A DNA stretch of 64,000 nt from an uncultured Rikenellaceae bacterium (GCA_963802145.1 CAWDHN010000012.1:438721-502720), one strand, 5' to 3'; shown: positions 37,140 through 47,689, counted from the stretch's first letter. Program-made: numbers and translations. Notes: generated by a model not told the origin, from the sequence alone.

Positions 37140-39410
37140 CTAAACCTTCGTAAGCTTTGCGAACCGCAGCAGCAGTTTCTTTGTGCCTGCGGTTTTGAAT
37201 TCAATTACGGCGGTGGTGTTGGGTGCCTCACCCTCGACGGTTACCACCTCACCCTCCCCGAACCTTTCATGGGTCACCCTGTCACCCGGCTCCAGTCCGG
37301 CATTGTCTCCCGGCATCGCAGGAGCGTGGGCGTCACGCACTCTCGTCATGTTCCTCGCAGGAGGGGTTGGCCTGAAGGTCTCTTTTTTGTCACCCAGGGG
37401 CTGGGGTTCATATCCCGCCCTCTGGCCGAAGGGCTTTCCACCCGTCTGCGGATACCACAGGTACTCGCTTTCGATCTCGCCGATAAAGCGGCTTGGAGAG
37501 CTTCTCTCAAGTGTGCCCCACTTGTACCTGTTCAGCGCGTAACTCAGCGTGACACGCCTGCAGGCCCTGGTCAGGGCCACATAGAACAGCCTCCGTTCCT
37601 CCTCCAGCTCACGGGGATTATACAGGTTCATGTTTGACGGGAAGAGGTTTTCCTCAAGTCCCACAATATATACATACTTGAACTCCAGTCCTTTTGCCGA
37701 ATGTATGGTCATCAGCGTGACCTTGTCCCTGTCCTCCGGCTTTTCCCTGTCCTGGTCGGTTAGAAGTGAGACGGACTGCAGCCAGGTTGCTATGTCTGCA
37801 GGGTCACCGTTGGTAACTGCCGCCTCGGTGAATTCCTTGATGCCGTTGAGCAGTTCCTGAACGTTCTCCAGCCTGTCTATCTCCTCGGGCACCTGTCCCT
37901 GCCTGAGCTCGGTGATGATGCCGCTTGCCGAGGCAATGCCGCTGGCCACATCCCAGGCCGTCGCCGTCTCCGCCACAGCCATGACAGGCCGCAGCAGCCC
38001 CGTGAAGAGAGCCACCTTGGTCCGCAGGGCAGCGGTAAGATATTGTGCACTCAGCTCAGGGGAGGTAATGATTGACCATATACTTACATTAAGGCTCATG
38101 GCAAGCTCCATGAGCTTCTGAACCGTGGTGTCACCGATGCCTCTCCGGGGATAATTGATGACACGCCGGAGGGCCTCTTCGTCGTCAGGATTGACTACAA
38201 GGCGCATGTAGGCTATAAGGTCACGTATCTCCTTCCGTTCATAGAATGACTTGCCGCCGTAGATCTTGTATGGTATGTTCCGCTTGCGAAGCATCTCTTC
38301 GAAGATGCGCGACTGTGCGTTGGTGCGGTACAGGACCGCAAAATCCTTCCACTCGAGCCTCTCACGCATACGCGTATCGAGGATGTCTGAGGCGGTGACG
38401 ATACCCTCCTCACTGTCGATGGTTGTCTGTACCACCCTTATTTTCTCGCCCTCGTCGTTCTTTGAATATACAGTCTTTTTAATCTGCCCGATGTTCTTTT
38501 CAATGACACTGTTGGCGGCATTGACAATGGTCTGGGTTGAGCGGTAGTTCTGTTCAAGCTTGAAGAGACGGTAGTCGGGATAGTCGTTCTTGAAGTTTAG
38601 GATGTTCTCTATGCGTGCCCCTCGGAATGAGTAGATGCTCTGCGCATCATCCCCCACCACACAGAGGTTGCGGTGCTTCTCGGAGAGCTTGTGAACGATG
38701 ATGTACTGGGCATAGTTGGTGTCCTGGTATTCATCCACGAGAACATAATCGAACCGGTTGCGGTACTCCTCGAGAACGGCCGGGAAATCGCGGAAGAGGA
38801 TATTGATATTCATCAGAAGGTCATCAAAATCCATCGCATTGGCCTTGAAGCACCTGGCTGCATAATGCTTGTAAATGGCTGCAGCCTCGGGCACCCGTGA
38901 GGCCTTGTCAGATTCGGTTATCTGCGATACCGAACCGTATTGCTGTGCCGTGATGAGGTTGTTCTTGGCATGCGATATCCTGCCAGCTATTGAGGCCGGT
39001 TTATAGACAGAGTCATCGAGGTTCATCTCCTTGATGATCGTCCGCACCAGGCTCCTGGTATTATCCTGATCGTAGATGGTGAAGTTGTTATTATAGCCGA
39101 GGTAATGACCATCACGCCTGAGGAAACGGGCAAAGATGGAATGGAAGGTCCCCATCCAGAGACTGCGTGCTGCATCGGCACCCACTATCCGGCTGATCCT
39201 CTCCTTCATCTCTCCTGCCGCCTTGTTGGTGAATGTAAGGGCGAGGATTCGATGAGCAGGAACACCCTTCTGCAGGAGGTAAGCAACGCGGTAGGTCAGC
39301 ACCCGTGTCTTTCCCGAGCCGGCGCCGGCAATGACCAGGGCCGGCCCCTCAGTGTTGACAACGGCAGCCTGCTGTGCCTCGTTAAGCTCTTTCAGATAGT
39401 CGCGAAACAT
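37140..39410 (-). CDS. pcrA: UvrD/PcrA ATP-dependent DNA helicase
   Basis: AGAGSGKT, TFTNKAA, DEYQD, GDDAQSIYSFRGA, QNYRS, HSAKGLEF, EERRLFYVA.TRA, C-terminal Tudor-like domain; start ATG 39410. Confidence 0.95.
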   Translation of the reverse strand: MFRDYLKELNEAQQAAVVNTEGPALVIAGAGSGKTRVLTYRVAYLLQKGVPAHRILALTFTNKAAGEMKERISRIVGADAARSLWMGTFHSIFARFLRRDGHYLGYNNNFTIYDQDNTRSLVRTIIKEMNLDDSVYKPASIAGRISHAKNNLITAQQYGSVSQITESDKASRVPEAAAIYKHYAARCFKANAMDFDDLLMNINILFRDFPAVLEEYRNRFDYVLVDEYQDTNYAQYIIVHKLSEKHRNLCVVGDDAQSIYSFRGARIENILNFKNDYPDYRLFKLEQNYRSTQTIVNAANSVIEKNIGQIKKTVYSKNDEGEKIRVVQTTIDSEEGIVTASDILDTRMRERLEWKDFAVLYRTNAQSRIFEEMLRKRNIPYKIYGGKSFYERKEIRDLIAYMRLVVNPDDEEALRRVINYPRRGIGDTTVQKLMELAMSLNVSIWSIITSPELSAQYLTAALRTKVALFTGLLRPVMAVAETATAWDVASGIASASGIITELRQGQVPEEIDRLENVQELLNGIKEFTEAAVTNGDPADIATWLQSVSLLTDQDREKPEDRDKVTLMTIHSAKGLEFKYVYIVGLEENLFPSNMNLYNPRELEEERRLFYVALTRACRRVTLSYALNRYKWGTLERSSPSRFIGEIESEYLWYPQTGGKPFGQRAGYEPQPLGDKKETFRPTPPARNMTRVRDAHAPAMPGDNAGLEPGDRVTHERFGEGEVVTVEGEAPNTTAVIEFKTAGTKKLLLRFAKLTKV

Positions 39411-39479
39411 GAATGAGAAAGCAGATTTTAATGCCCCAAAGAACGGCATTTTTTTATTAGGTTTGCATATCATTTTGGT

Positions 39480-40715
39480 GTGTTAATCCGTTTATCAGGT
39501 GTGTCAAGATACCTTGCCTTCATAATCATCCTCTTACCGCTGGCACTGCAGGCGCAGATCACCGCCCCCGGCAGTCGCACCGTGCGTATGACCAACTACC
39601 CGGCCACAGCCAGGCAAGACCCTGTCTTCATCTTCTGTGTTCCTGATGCCTCGGCTACAGGCACCCTCGTTGCCGCCAGCCCGGGAGGGACGGCGCCGTA
39701 CACCTTTGTCTGGACCAGGTATGACCAGACCGGAGGCGGCTATTCGATAGCGGTGAAGACTGAGTCGGGAGTGACCTCCACTGCCAGCGGACTTGCCGAG
39801 GGGGGATACAGGGTCAGAATAACCGACGGAGGCGGGTACAGCACCGACCTCTATGCCTGGGTCAACCTTGACAAACCGGTGTCTGGTGCGGCGCTGCTTC
39901 ACTTTACATGCGACTACGTGGCACTTGACGGCACGGCAGCCCCTGACAACTTCGTCTATTACGACCCCTCAACCAATGCCTCACGGCAGCTGCCCAACGG
40001 TGTGAAACACCTGTGGTCATCAACACCGGCGTCGGCAATACCTTTCCCCGATCTGGTTCTGGATCCCATTACCTTCTCTCCTCCGCTGACCGATGTACGG
40101 TACATGCTTGAGGTCACTGACAGCTTCACCTGCTCATCCACATCGTCATTCGACTATACTTCGATTCACGTCAAGGCGGAGTTTACGGCTGATCCCATGG
40201 AAGGAGAGGCACCTCTGGAGGTGACATTCACAGATAATTCCATACGTGGAATGAAGTACCTGTGGAAGTTCGGTGACGATTCGATATCGTCACTGCCTGA
40301 CCCGGGCACACATAAATATTATATCCCCGGTGAGTACACCGTGACACTGACCATTGAGAGCGAGCTGACCTGCCGCGATTCCGCCACGGTGAAGATTAAG
40401 GTCCTGCCCTCGATGCTGCAGATTCCCAACGTCTTTACACCCAATGATGACGGCATCAATGATTTCTTCATCCCCGACAAGAAGTCGTTGAAATACCTGA
40501 ACCTTCAGATCTTTGCCAAGAGCGGGCAGAGGGTTTACAAATACGAGGGTGACGGTGATGACCTGCAGGGCTGGCAGGGGTGGGACGGCAAGGTCAACAA
40601 CTCCGAGCGACGGGCCGTTCCCGGTGCATACTACTACATATTGCGTGCCTATGGTTATGACGATGTGGAGTATGAGGGCCAGGAATATAGGGGGACGGTC
40701 TATCTTTACAGGTAG
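39480..40715 (+). CDS. T9SS substrate with type-B CTD (gliding-motility-associated C-terminal domain), SprB-like and PKD domains
   Basis: GGTAPYTF.W, W.FGDD PKD, IPNVFTPNDDGINDFF...GWDG...G.YYY; TAGGTTTG at 39458. Confidence 0.88.
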   Translation: MLIRLSGVSRYLAFIIILLPLALQAQITAPGSRTVRMTNYPATARQDPVFIFCVPDASATGTLVAASPGGTAPYTFVWTRYDQTGGGYSIAVKTESGVTSTASGLAEGGYRVRITDGGGYSTDLYAWVNLDKPVSGAALLHFTCDYVALDGTAAPDNFVYYDPSTNASRQLPNGVKHLWSSTPASAIPFPDLVLDPITFSPPLTDVRYMLEVTDSFTCSSTSSFDYTSIHVKAEFTADPMEGEAPLEVTFTDNSIRGMKYLWKFGDDSISSLPDPGTHKYYIPGEYTVTLTIESELTCRDSATVKIKVLPSMLQIPNVFTPNDDGINDFFIPDKKSLKYLNLQIFAKSGQRVYKYEGDGDDLQGWQGWDGKVNNSERRAVPGAYYYILRAYGYDDVEYEGQEYRGTVYLYR

Positions 40716-40823
40716 AATTTTCGATTGTCGATTTTCGATTGTCGAATGATTGGGTAAATCTGATATCGCAAACTGACAATTCTTTACGGGATCTGCAATC
40801 GCAAATCGCAAGTCGCAAATCGC
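40716..40823 (+). repeat. inverted pair of heptamer arrays: (ATTTTCG ATTGTCG)2 ... AAATCGC-type x4
   Basis: Shares the exact 18-mer ATTTTCGATTGTCGATTT with 27613-27630. Confidence 0.85.
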
Positions 40824-40917
40824 ATATTTCTCCACTTTCTGCTGCCTGATCCGCCATTCACCGCCACTTTCTGACGGCCCGCCGGTATTTAACAATTATT
40901 TGACTTAAAAAACTTGC

Positions 40918-40934
40918 AAAACTAAAAAAGTTTT
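40918..40934. promoter_or_regulatory. inverted repeat AAAACT-N5-AGTTTT, candidate TetR operator
   Basis: Palindrome ~30 nt upstream of the tetR ATG. Confidence 0.5.
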
Positions 40935-40965
40935 CTGATTATTGCACCCGAATTACCAGAGCAGG

Positions 40966-41583
40966 ATGAATCCAGCAGAAGATTATGATGACAGAATAGT
41001 AGCCGGAGCGGCAGAATTGTTTCGCACCTACGGAATCAGAGCCGTCACAATGGATGCAATAGCAGCTCATCTCGGTATGTCGAAGAGAACCATTTATGAA
41101 AGGTTCCGCGACAAGGATGAACTGCTTTTTGCCGTGATGTCTGAAATGATCCGCAAACAGAAGGAGATGCTGGAGAAAATCCTCAGCTCTTCATCAAACG
41201 TGATGGAGGCCATCTTTACCATGCTGAGGATAAACCGGGAGCATATGGCTGCAATGAATCCGCTGATAGGTTACGATCTGCGAAAGTACCATGATGCGGT
41301 ACTAAAGCGGATAAAGGCCACCTGTGACAATCCCGATTATGAGGGAGCGAGGAAAATGCTCAGGTCCGGGATAGAACAGGGAGTTTTCAGGGCTGAAATT
41401 GACATTGAAATCATCAGCAGGGCAGTGTCGGGATTTGGAGGAATGACAGGTGACACGAACCTCTTCCCGCCTGAGCAATTCTCACAGCGTGATGTAATCA
41501 AAAATATCGTGATCAACTTCCTGCGGGGTATTTCAACAACCAGGGGTATCAGCCTGATTGATGAACTGGAACCCGGATTTTGA
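40966..41583 (+). CDS. TetR/AcrR family regulator
   Basis: LF..YGIRAVTMD.IA..LGMSKRTIY..F.DKDEL HTH. Confidence 0.92.
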   Translation: MNPAEDYDDRIVAGAAELFRTYGIRAVTMDAIAAHLGMSKRTIYERFRDKDELLFAVMSEMIRKQKEMLEKILSSSSNVMEAIFTMLRINREHMAAMNPLIGYDLRKYHDAVLKRIKATCDNPDYEGARKMLRSGIEQGVFRAEIDIEIISRAVSGFGGMTGDTNLFPPEQFSQRDVIKNIVINFLRGISTTRGISLIDELEPGF

Positions 41584-41615
41584 GTATTGGTTGAACAACA
41601 GTAAAACTTATATAT

Positions 41616-42971
41616 ATGAAAAGAATGATTGCTTTTATTTTGCCTCTTCTGGCAGCTGCCTCACTCAGCCTGTCGGCACAGGAGGAACCAGCCACACCGG
41701 CAGCACCGGCAGCACCGGCAGCACCGGCAACACTTTCACTGACCATTGACCAGGCAGTGGATTACGCATTGGACAACAACAGGAATGTAGCCTCCGCCAG
41801 ATATGATGTGCTGGCATCCGAGAAGGGAGTTTGGGAAGCGGTAGCATCGGGCCTGCCTGCAGTAGGAGGAAGCGCTTCGATAACCGACAACCTTGAAGTC
41901 ATGACAAGGATAATCGACTTTGGCGGTACGCCCACCGCATTCAAGTTCGGAACTCAATACGATGCATCCATCGGCGTTTCAGCTTCCACGCTGATCTATA
42001 ACGCCTCCTGGCTTGTGGGAATCCAGACGGCAAAACTGGCAGCCACAATGGCAGGCCAGGGACTGACGCTGACCACAATTGAGACAAAGGAGAATGTGAT
42101 CAATATCTACCACCTTATCCTCACTCTCAAAGAGACACTGAGTATTATTGATCAGAACCTTGAAAACCTGAATGAGATCCTGGCTTCCACCAGGGCCATG
42201 TTCAGCGTCGGGATGGCAGAGGCAACCGATGTAGACCAGATGCAGTCGAATGTTACGATGCTCGTTAACTCCAGGTCCTCCATGCTGAGATCGCTTGAGG
42301 TGAATTACAATATGCTGAGATTCATGCTGGGGGTAAGCATTGATACGGAGATCAACCTGACTAACACACTCGATGATGTTCTTGAAAAGATAAATGTCGA
42401 AACCCTTGTATCTGAAGAGTTCAAAATAGAGGATAACATAAACTACAAGCTCATCGAGAGCCAGCTGATGATGTCAGAGCTGTCGCTCAAGAGTGCCAGG
42501 GTCACCACACTGCCCAGTCTGGCCGGTACCTATTACTATAACAGCAATGGCATGGGCGACGAGATTGCGCATATGCAATACTTCCCCAACTCAGCTGTTG
42601 CACTGCAGTTGCAGGTCCCTATTTTCGCTTCAGGACTGAGGAGTGCCCAGATCAACAGGGCGAAGATCAATCTTGAGAAGGCTCAGAATGAGAAGTCAAT
42701 GATTTCTGAACAGCTTCTCCTGCAGGAGCGTCAGCTGAGATACAACCTGCTCAACGCCAATGAGCAGTTTAAAAGTCAGAAATCGAATATTGAAATAGCA
42801 CGCAGGGTGGTTGAAAGCTTTGAAAACAAGTACAGCCAGGGGGTGGCTTCAAGCCTTGACCTGACACAGGCTAACAACAACTACCTGACCGCTCAGAACA
42901 ACTATATTTCTGCCCTCATAAACCTCCTTCAGACAAAGGTGGCATTTGACAAACTCATGAACAAACTATAA
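41616..42971 (+). CDS. TolC-family outer membrane efflux protein
   Basis: Signal peptide, AL.NN, L.VPIF.SG, OEP-type helices; first structural gene of RND operon. Confidence 0.9.
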   Translation: MKRMIAFILPLLAAASLSLSAQEEPATPAAPAAPAAPATLSLTIDQAVDYALDNNRNVASARYDVLASEKGVWEAVASGLPAVGGSASITDNLEVMTRIIDFGGTPTAFKFGTQYDASIGVSASTLIYNASWLVGIQTAKLAATMAGQGLTLTTIETKENVINIYHLILTLKETLSIIDQNLENLNEILASTRAMFSVGMAEATDVDQMQSNVTMLVNSRSSMLRSLEVNYNMLRFMLGVSIDTEINLTNTLDDVLEKINVETLVSEEFKIEDNINYKLIESQLMMSELSLKSARVTTLPSLAGTYYYNSNGMGDEIAHMQYFPNSAVALQLQVPIFASGLRSAQINRAKINLEKAQNEKSMISEQLLLQERQLRYNLLNANEQFKSQKSNIEIARRVVESFENKYSQGVASSLDLTQANNNYLTAQNNYISALINLLQTKVAFDKLMNKL

Positions 42972-42998
42972 AAAAATAACAATTCAAATCTGCATACA

Positions 42999-44051
42999 AT
43001 GAACCGTAACTTATTCTTAATGATCTTCGCCGGCAGTCTGCTGCTGGCATCCTGCGGACAGAAGGGGAAACCTTCAGACTCGACGGCCACAGACACATCG
43101 GCAGTTGCCGCGGCAATACCCGTAAGGGTCATGCCGGTAACCATGACAACCATTGCCCGCACCATCGATTATACGGGAACCATCCTGGCTTATGAGGAGG
43201 TCAACCTGGCTCCCTCAACACCGGGGCGGGTAGACAAGATATATGTTGAAGTTGGTGACCGGGTTCAGAAGGGGCAGCAGCTCTTCCTGATGGACCGCAC
43301 GCAATACTATGCCAACAAGATTCAACTTGCCAGTCTCGAGAAGGACATGGCCAGGATGGACACCCTGCTGAAGGTAGGGAGTATCATGGCCCAGACCTAT
43401 GACCAGACAAAGGCTCAGTATGATGTCATGAAGACCAATGTCGAATTCATGGAGCAGAACACTCTTCTTGAAGCCCCCTTCAGCGGACTCATCACCGGAA
43501 AATATCTCGAGGATGGCGAGCTCTATTCAGGTGCTCCCGGCATGTCAGGCAAGGCGGCCGTGGTCACCCTCATGCAGATCAATCCCGTGAAAATCATCGT
43601 CAGCATCTCCGAACAGTTTTTCCCCCTCATAAAGAACGGGATGAAAGTTCGGGTTATGGCTGATGTTTATCCCGACAAAAACTTCGAGGGAACCATCTTC
43701 AGGGTTCATCCGACAATAGATGCCATGTCGCGTTCTTTCCGCGCTGAGGTACGCATCAGCAATGGCAGCGAGCTGCTTCGTCCGGGGATGTTCGCAAGGG
43801 CATTCATCGACATGGGGCGTGAGGATGCCTTCGTGGTCCCGGCCAATGCCGTAATGATGCAGGAGGGCACCAACGAGAGGTTTGTCTTCGTGGTGGAGAA
43901 TGGCGTCGCTGTAAGAAAAACAGTGCTTCTGGGACAGAGGTTCGATGACCGCTTCGAGATCACCGGTGGCGTCCTGAAGGAGGGAGACAGCCTCGTCATT
44001 GACGGTCAGGCACGCCTCAACAACGGCCAGAAAATCGAAATATCCAGGTAA
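42999..44051 (+). CDS. RND efflux membrane fusion protein (lipoprotein)
   Basis: LASC lipobox, GRVDKIYVEVGDRVQKGQ, APFSG, LRPGMF. Confidence 0.92.
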   Translation: MNRNLFLMIFAGSLLLASCGQKGKPSDSTATDTSAVAAAIPVRVMPVTMTTIARTIDYTGTILAYEEVNLAPSTPGRVDKIYVEVGDRVQKGQQLFLMDRTQYYANKIQLASLEKDMARMDTLLKVGSIMAQTYDQTKAQYDVMKTNVEFMEQNTLLEAPFSGLITGKYLEDGELYSGAPGMSGKAAVVTLMQINPVKIIVSISEQFFPLIKNGMKVRVMADVYPDKNFEGTIFRVHPTIDAMSRSFRAEVRISNGSELLRPGMFARAFIDMGREDAFVVPANAVMMQEGTNERFVFVVENGVAVRKTVLLGQRFDDRFEITGGVLKEGDSLVIDGQARLNNGQKIEISR

Positions 44052-44077
44052 CAACAAACAAGAGACAACACCAGATT

Positions 44078-47000
44078 ATGAGCATATATGCCAGTGCAGT
44101 AAAGAAGCCCGTAACCACCATCCTGATCTTCGTCATCACGATGGTCATGGGGCTTTATTCCCTGACGCAGCTGCCAATCGACCTCTACCCTGAGATCGAG
44201 CTCCCCTTCCTGTCGGTTTACACGACATACGCCGGAGCCAGTGCGGCGGATATAGAAACGAACATAACGCGTCCCATAGAGGACGCCCTCAACTCAGTCT
44301 CCGGGCTGAAGGAGATGACATCCACCTCAAGTGACAACGTCTCGGTGATATTCATGGAGTTCGAATACGAGACGAACCTCGATGAGGCATCTAATGACGT
44401 GCGAAGCTCCATGGCCTTCATCGAGAGTTTCCTTCCCGAAGACGCCGAAGCCCCTACCATCTTCAAGTTCAATTCCAGCATGATGCCCATCATCTTCTAC
44501 GCCATCACTGCCAAGGAGAGCTACATGGGACTTGAAAAGATACTTGACGAGAAAATTGTCAACCCGCTGAACCGTATTGACGGGGTGGGTAACGTCGGCC
44601 TCGCCGGGGTGCCCGGCAGGGAGATCTACGTTGAGGTGGATCCGAGGCGAATGGAAGCCTACAACCTCACCATCGAGCAGATTGGCAACGTACTCCGCGC
44701 CGAAAACATGAACATGCCCGCGGGATACCTCGAGATGGGCAGGATGGACTACCCGATCAGGATCCAGGGCGAGTTTGCGGAAAGTTCCATTATCTCCAAC
44801 CTGATTGTGGGCAATTATAACGGTAATAACGTCTATCTGAGAGACGTCGCCACGGTAAACGACACCATCCGTGAGACCAAGCTGGTTGCGAAGATCGACG
44901 GTAAGCAGGGCATGACACTCTTCGTTCAGAAGATGTCAGGCGCAAACAGCGTGCAGATCTGCCGCGAGGTTGACAAGGAGATAATGAAGCTTCAGAAGGA
45001 CCTGCCCCCGGATATCCGCATCGATAAGATAATGGATACCTCGGAATTCATCCAGGGATCGATCAACAACCTGACGGAGACACTCATGTATGCCGCTCTC
45101 TTCGTGGTGCTGGTGGTGCTCTTCTTCCTCGGAAGGTGGCGTGCTACCCTGATAATCATCCTGACGATCCCCATCTCACTGCTTGTGGCATTCATCTATA
45201 TCTTCCTGACGGGAAGCTCCATTAACATTATTTCGCTCTCGTCACTCTCAATTGCCATTGGTATGGTGGTTGATGATGCCATCGTGGTGCTTGAGAACAT
45301 CACCAAACATATCGAACGCGGCAGCCGGCCCCGCGAGGCAGCCATTTATGCCACCAACGAGGTGTGGCTGGCGGTCATCGTCACCACCCTGACGGTTGTG
45401 GCAGTGTTCCTTCCCCTGACATTCGTCCAGGGACTGACGGGAGTTCTCTTTGCACAACTTGGCTGGATCGTTTCCATAACGATTATCATGTCAACCCTGG
45501 CTGCAATCACCCTTACCCCGACTCTCAGCGCACTGCTGCTCAGAGTCAGGCCGTTGAAGAAGGATGCCCCGTTCTGGACATGGGATGGTTCCATTCATAA
45601 GTTCCTGGAGTGGTTTGACGGGTTCTATGTCAAAACCCTCTCCTGGGTGCTCCATCACAAGAAATTCGTGATTGCCGCAGCCATTATCCTGTTCGCCGGA
45701 TCAATGTACCTGTTCAAGCTTGTAGGCACGGAGTTCATGCCTGCTGCCGATGAGTCGAGAATAACGGCTACCGTCGAGCTGCAGACCGGAACCAGGGTGA
45801 CGGAGACGGAAAAGGTTGCAGACCGTATCGATTCAATCGTACGGAAGCAGATTCCGGAGGTCAAGCTTATTTCGATGTCTGCGGGTACTGATGACAGCGG
45901 GGGTTTCAGCTCGCTCTTCGGCGAGAGCGGGACCCACGTGGTGACCTTCACCGTTGCTCTGGTTGATGTGGAGGATAGACAAAGGTCGTCTGAGGAGGTG
46001 GCTGAGGAGATACGAAGCATTATTGCCCCGATGCCCGAGGTGACCAACTTCTCCGTGCTGGCAGAGTCCGGCGGCATGGGCGCCATGGGCGGCGGAAACA
46101 CCGTTGACATAGAGATATACGGTTTCGACATTACCCAGACAAATATGCTGGCTGAGCAGCTGGCTGAGAGGGCCAGGAAGATACCCGGGGCCACAAACGT
46201 GGATATCAGCCGCGACAAGTCCAAGCCGGAGCTTCAGATCATCATTGACCAGGACAAACTCCTGAGGTACGGCCTGACCACAGCCCAGGTATCGCAGATG
46301 ATCAGGAACCGCGTCGACGGACTTACCGCCACCCGTCTCCGCCAGTACGGCGATGAGTATGACGTCATCGTAAGGTACAAGGAGTCGGCACGCAACTCCA
46401 TCACCGAGCTGCAGAACGTAGGAGTGGCGCTTCCTTCAGGTCAGATCATAAGGCTGGGCGAGATTGCCCAGGTTAAGGAATACTGGTCGCCACCCAACAT
46501 TGAAAGAAAACGCAAGGAACGCATTGTCACCGTATCCGTGACCCCCTATAAGAGGGCGCTTAACCTTATTGTGGCTGACATCCAGAAGGAGCTTGACAGC
46601 ATGGTCATCCCCTCCGGCGTGATGGTGGAGATTTCAGGAGCCTTCGAAGACATGACTGAATCATTTATGGATATAGGTTTGCTGATGGTTATCTCGCTGG
46701 TCCTGGTATACCTGGTCATGGCATCGCAGTTTGAGTCGCTGAAGATGCCGGTCATCATCATGCTCTCGATACCGTTTGCCTTCTCGGGGGTTGCCATGGC
46801 CCTCTTCCTGACCGGCACCAAGCTCAGTCTTATCGCCGGCATAGGAGCCATAATGCTGATAGGTATCGTTGTCAAGAACGCCATCGTGCTGGTCGACTTC
46901 ATCAACCTGACGCGCGACAGGGGAGTGGAGCTCTACCAGGCTGTTCTGATCTCGGGGCGTTCAAGGTTAAGGCCCGTGCTGATGACCTCGATGACCACCA

Positions 47001-47233
47001 TCCTTGCCATGCTCCCGCTGGCCATTAACCCTGGTGAGGGTTCTGAGCTGTGGCAGCCGATGGGGATAGCTGTTATCGGTGGACTGATCTTCTCAACCAT
47101 CGTGACAATGGTACTGGTGCCCGTGGGCTACGTGCTCATTGCACGCCGGGGTGACAGGGACAAGAAGCATAAGATGGCATTCAGGGACATGAAGTTCCTG
47201 GATGACATAAAGGCAAACAATGAAAATCAATAG
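44078..47233 (+). CDS. RND efflux transporter permease (AcrB family)
   Basis: GMVVDDAIVVLENI, GIVVKNAIVLVD, RLRPVLMT. Confidence 0.95.
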   Translation: MSIYASAVKKPVTTILIFVITMVMGLYSLTQLPIDLYPEIELPFLSVYTTYAGASAADIETNITRPIEDALNSVSGLKEMTSTSSDNVSVIFMEFEYETNLDEASNDVRSSMAFIESFLPEDAEAPTIFKFNSSMMPIIFYAITAKESYMGLEKILDEKIVNPLNRIDGVGNVGLAGVPGREIYVEVDPRRMEAYNLTIEQIGNVLRAENMNMPAGYLEMGRMDYPIRIQGEFAESSIISNLIVGNYNGNNVYLRDVATVNDTIRETKLVAKIDGKQGMTLFVQKMSGANSVQICREVDKEIMKLQKDLPPDIRIDKIMDTSEFIQGSINNLTETLMYAALFVVLVVLFFLGRWRATLIIILTIPISLLVAFIYIFLTGSSINIISLSSLSIAIGMVVDDAIVVLENITKHIERGSRPREAAIYATNEVWLAVIVTTLTVVAVFLPLTFVQGLTGVLFAQLGWIVSITIIMSTLAAITLTPTLSALLLRVRPLKKDAPFWTWDGSIHKFLEWFDGFYVKTLSWVLHHKKFVIAAAIILFAGSMYLFKLVGTEFMPAADESRITATVELQTGTRVTETEKVADRIDSIVRKQIPEVKLISMSAGTDDSGGFSSLFGESGTHVVTFTVALVDVEDRQRSSEEVAEEIRSIIAPMPEVTNFSVLAESGGMGAMGGGNTVDIEIYGFDITQTNMLAEQLAERARKIPGATNVDISRDKSKPELQIIIDQDKLLRYGLTTAQVSQMIRNRVDGLTATRLRQYGDEYDVIVRYKESARNSITELQNVGVALPSGQIIRLGEIAQVKEYWSPPNIERKRKERIVTVSVTPYKRALNLIVADIQKELDSMVIPSGVMVEISGAFEDMTESFMDIGLLMVISLVLVYLVMASQFESLKMPVIIMLSIPFAFSGVAMALFLTGTKLSLIAGIGAIMLIGIVVKNAIVLVDFINLTRDRGVELYQAVLISGRSRLRPVLMTSMTTILAMLPLAINPGEGSELWQPMGIAVIGGLIFSTIVTMVLVPVGYVLIARRGDRDKKHKMAFRDMKFLDDIKANNENQ

Positions 47234-47235
47234 TT

Positions 47236-47529
47236 ATGAAAGCAGTAATGATAATCTATAACCTCGCCCTGACCGAAAAGATCGAATACACACTTGAACA
47301 TTTCGGTATCAGGGGATACACCCAGTGGGACAATGTTGAAGGAGTGGGATCATTCACCGGGGTGCCTCACCTTGGCACACATACCTGGCCCGAGATCAAT
47401 GGCGTCACACTGACCTTCCTGGAGGAGGAGAAGGTGCCGCTTCTGCTCGAGGCCGTCAAGCGCATCGATGCCATCAACAAAGAGGTTGGCATCAGGGCCT
47501 TTGTCTGGAACATAGAGCAGGCGGTATAA
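47236..47529 (+). CDS. PII-like transporter-associated protein (PG0541-like)
   Basis: 97 aa; RGYTQW..V.G.GS..G.PHLGTHTWP..N; directly after the RND gene. Confidence 0.75.
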   Translation: MKAVMIIYNLALTEKIEYTLEHFGIRGYTQWDNVEGVGSFTGVPHLGTHTWPEINGVTLTFLEEEKVPLLLEAVKRIDAINKEVGIRAFVWNIEQAV

Positions 47530-47556
47530 CAACATTATGCCGTATCTCTTGAATTT

Positions 47557-47592
47557 AAGCGACGCTCCTCACGGACGTCGCTTTCTCTTTTT
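47557..47592 (+). terminator. intrinsic terminator of the RND operon
   Basis: AAGCGACG(C)TCC-TCAC-GGACGTCGCTT stem then a T-rich tract. Confidence 0.8.
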
Positions 47593-47689
47593 ATTCGCGA
47601 AATAGTGCGTCCTGTGCATGTAATTTTAATTCGTTAATAAAAATTTTTATTTTTACGCTGGAAGAATCACTAACCTTAACCAGAATGTC

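Noticed and set aside
41688-41732. 9-bp repeat encoding PAT-PAA-PAA-PAA-PAT in TolC
   Set aside because: In-frame low-complexity linker after the signal peptide; cannot shift the frame
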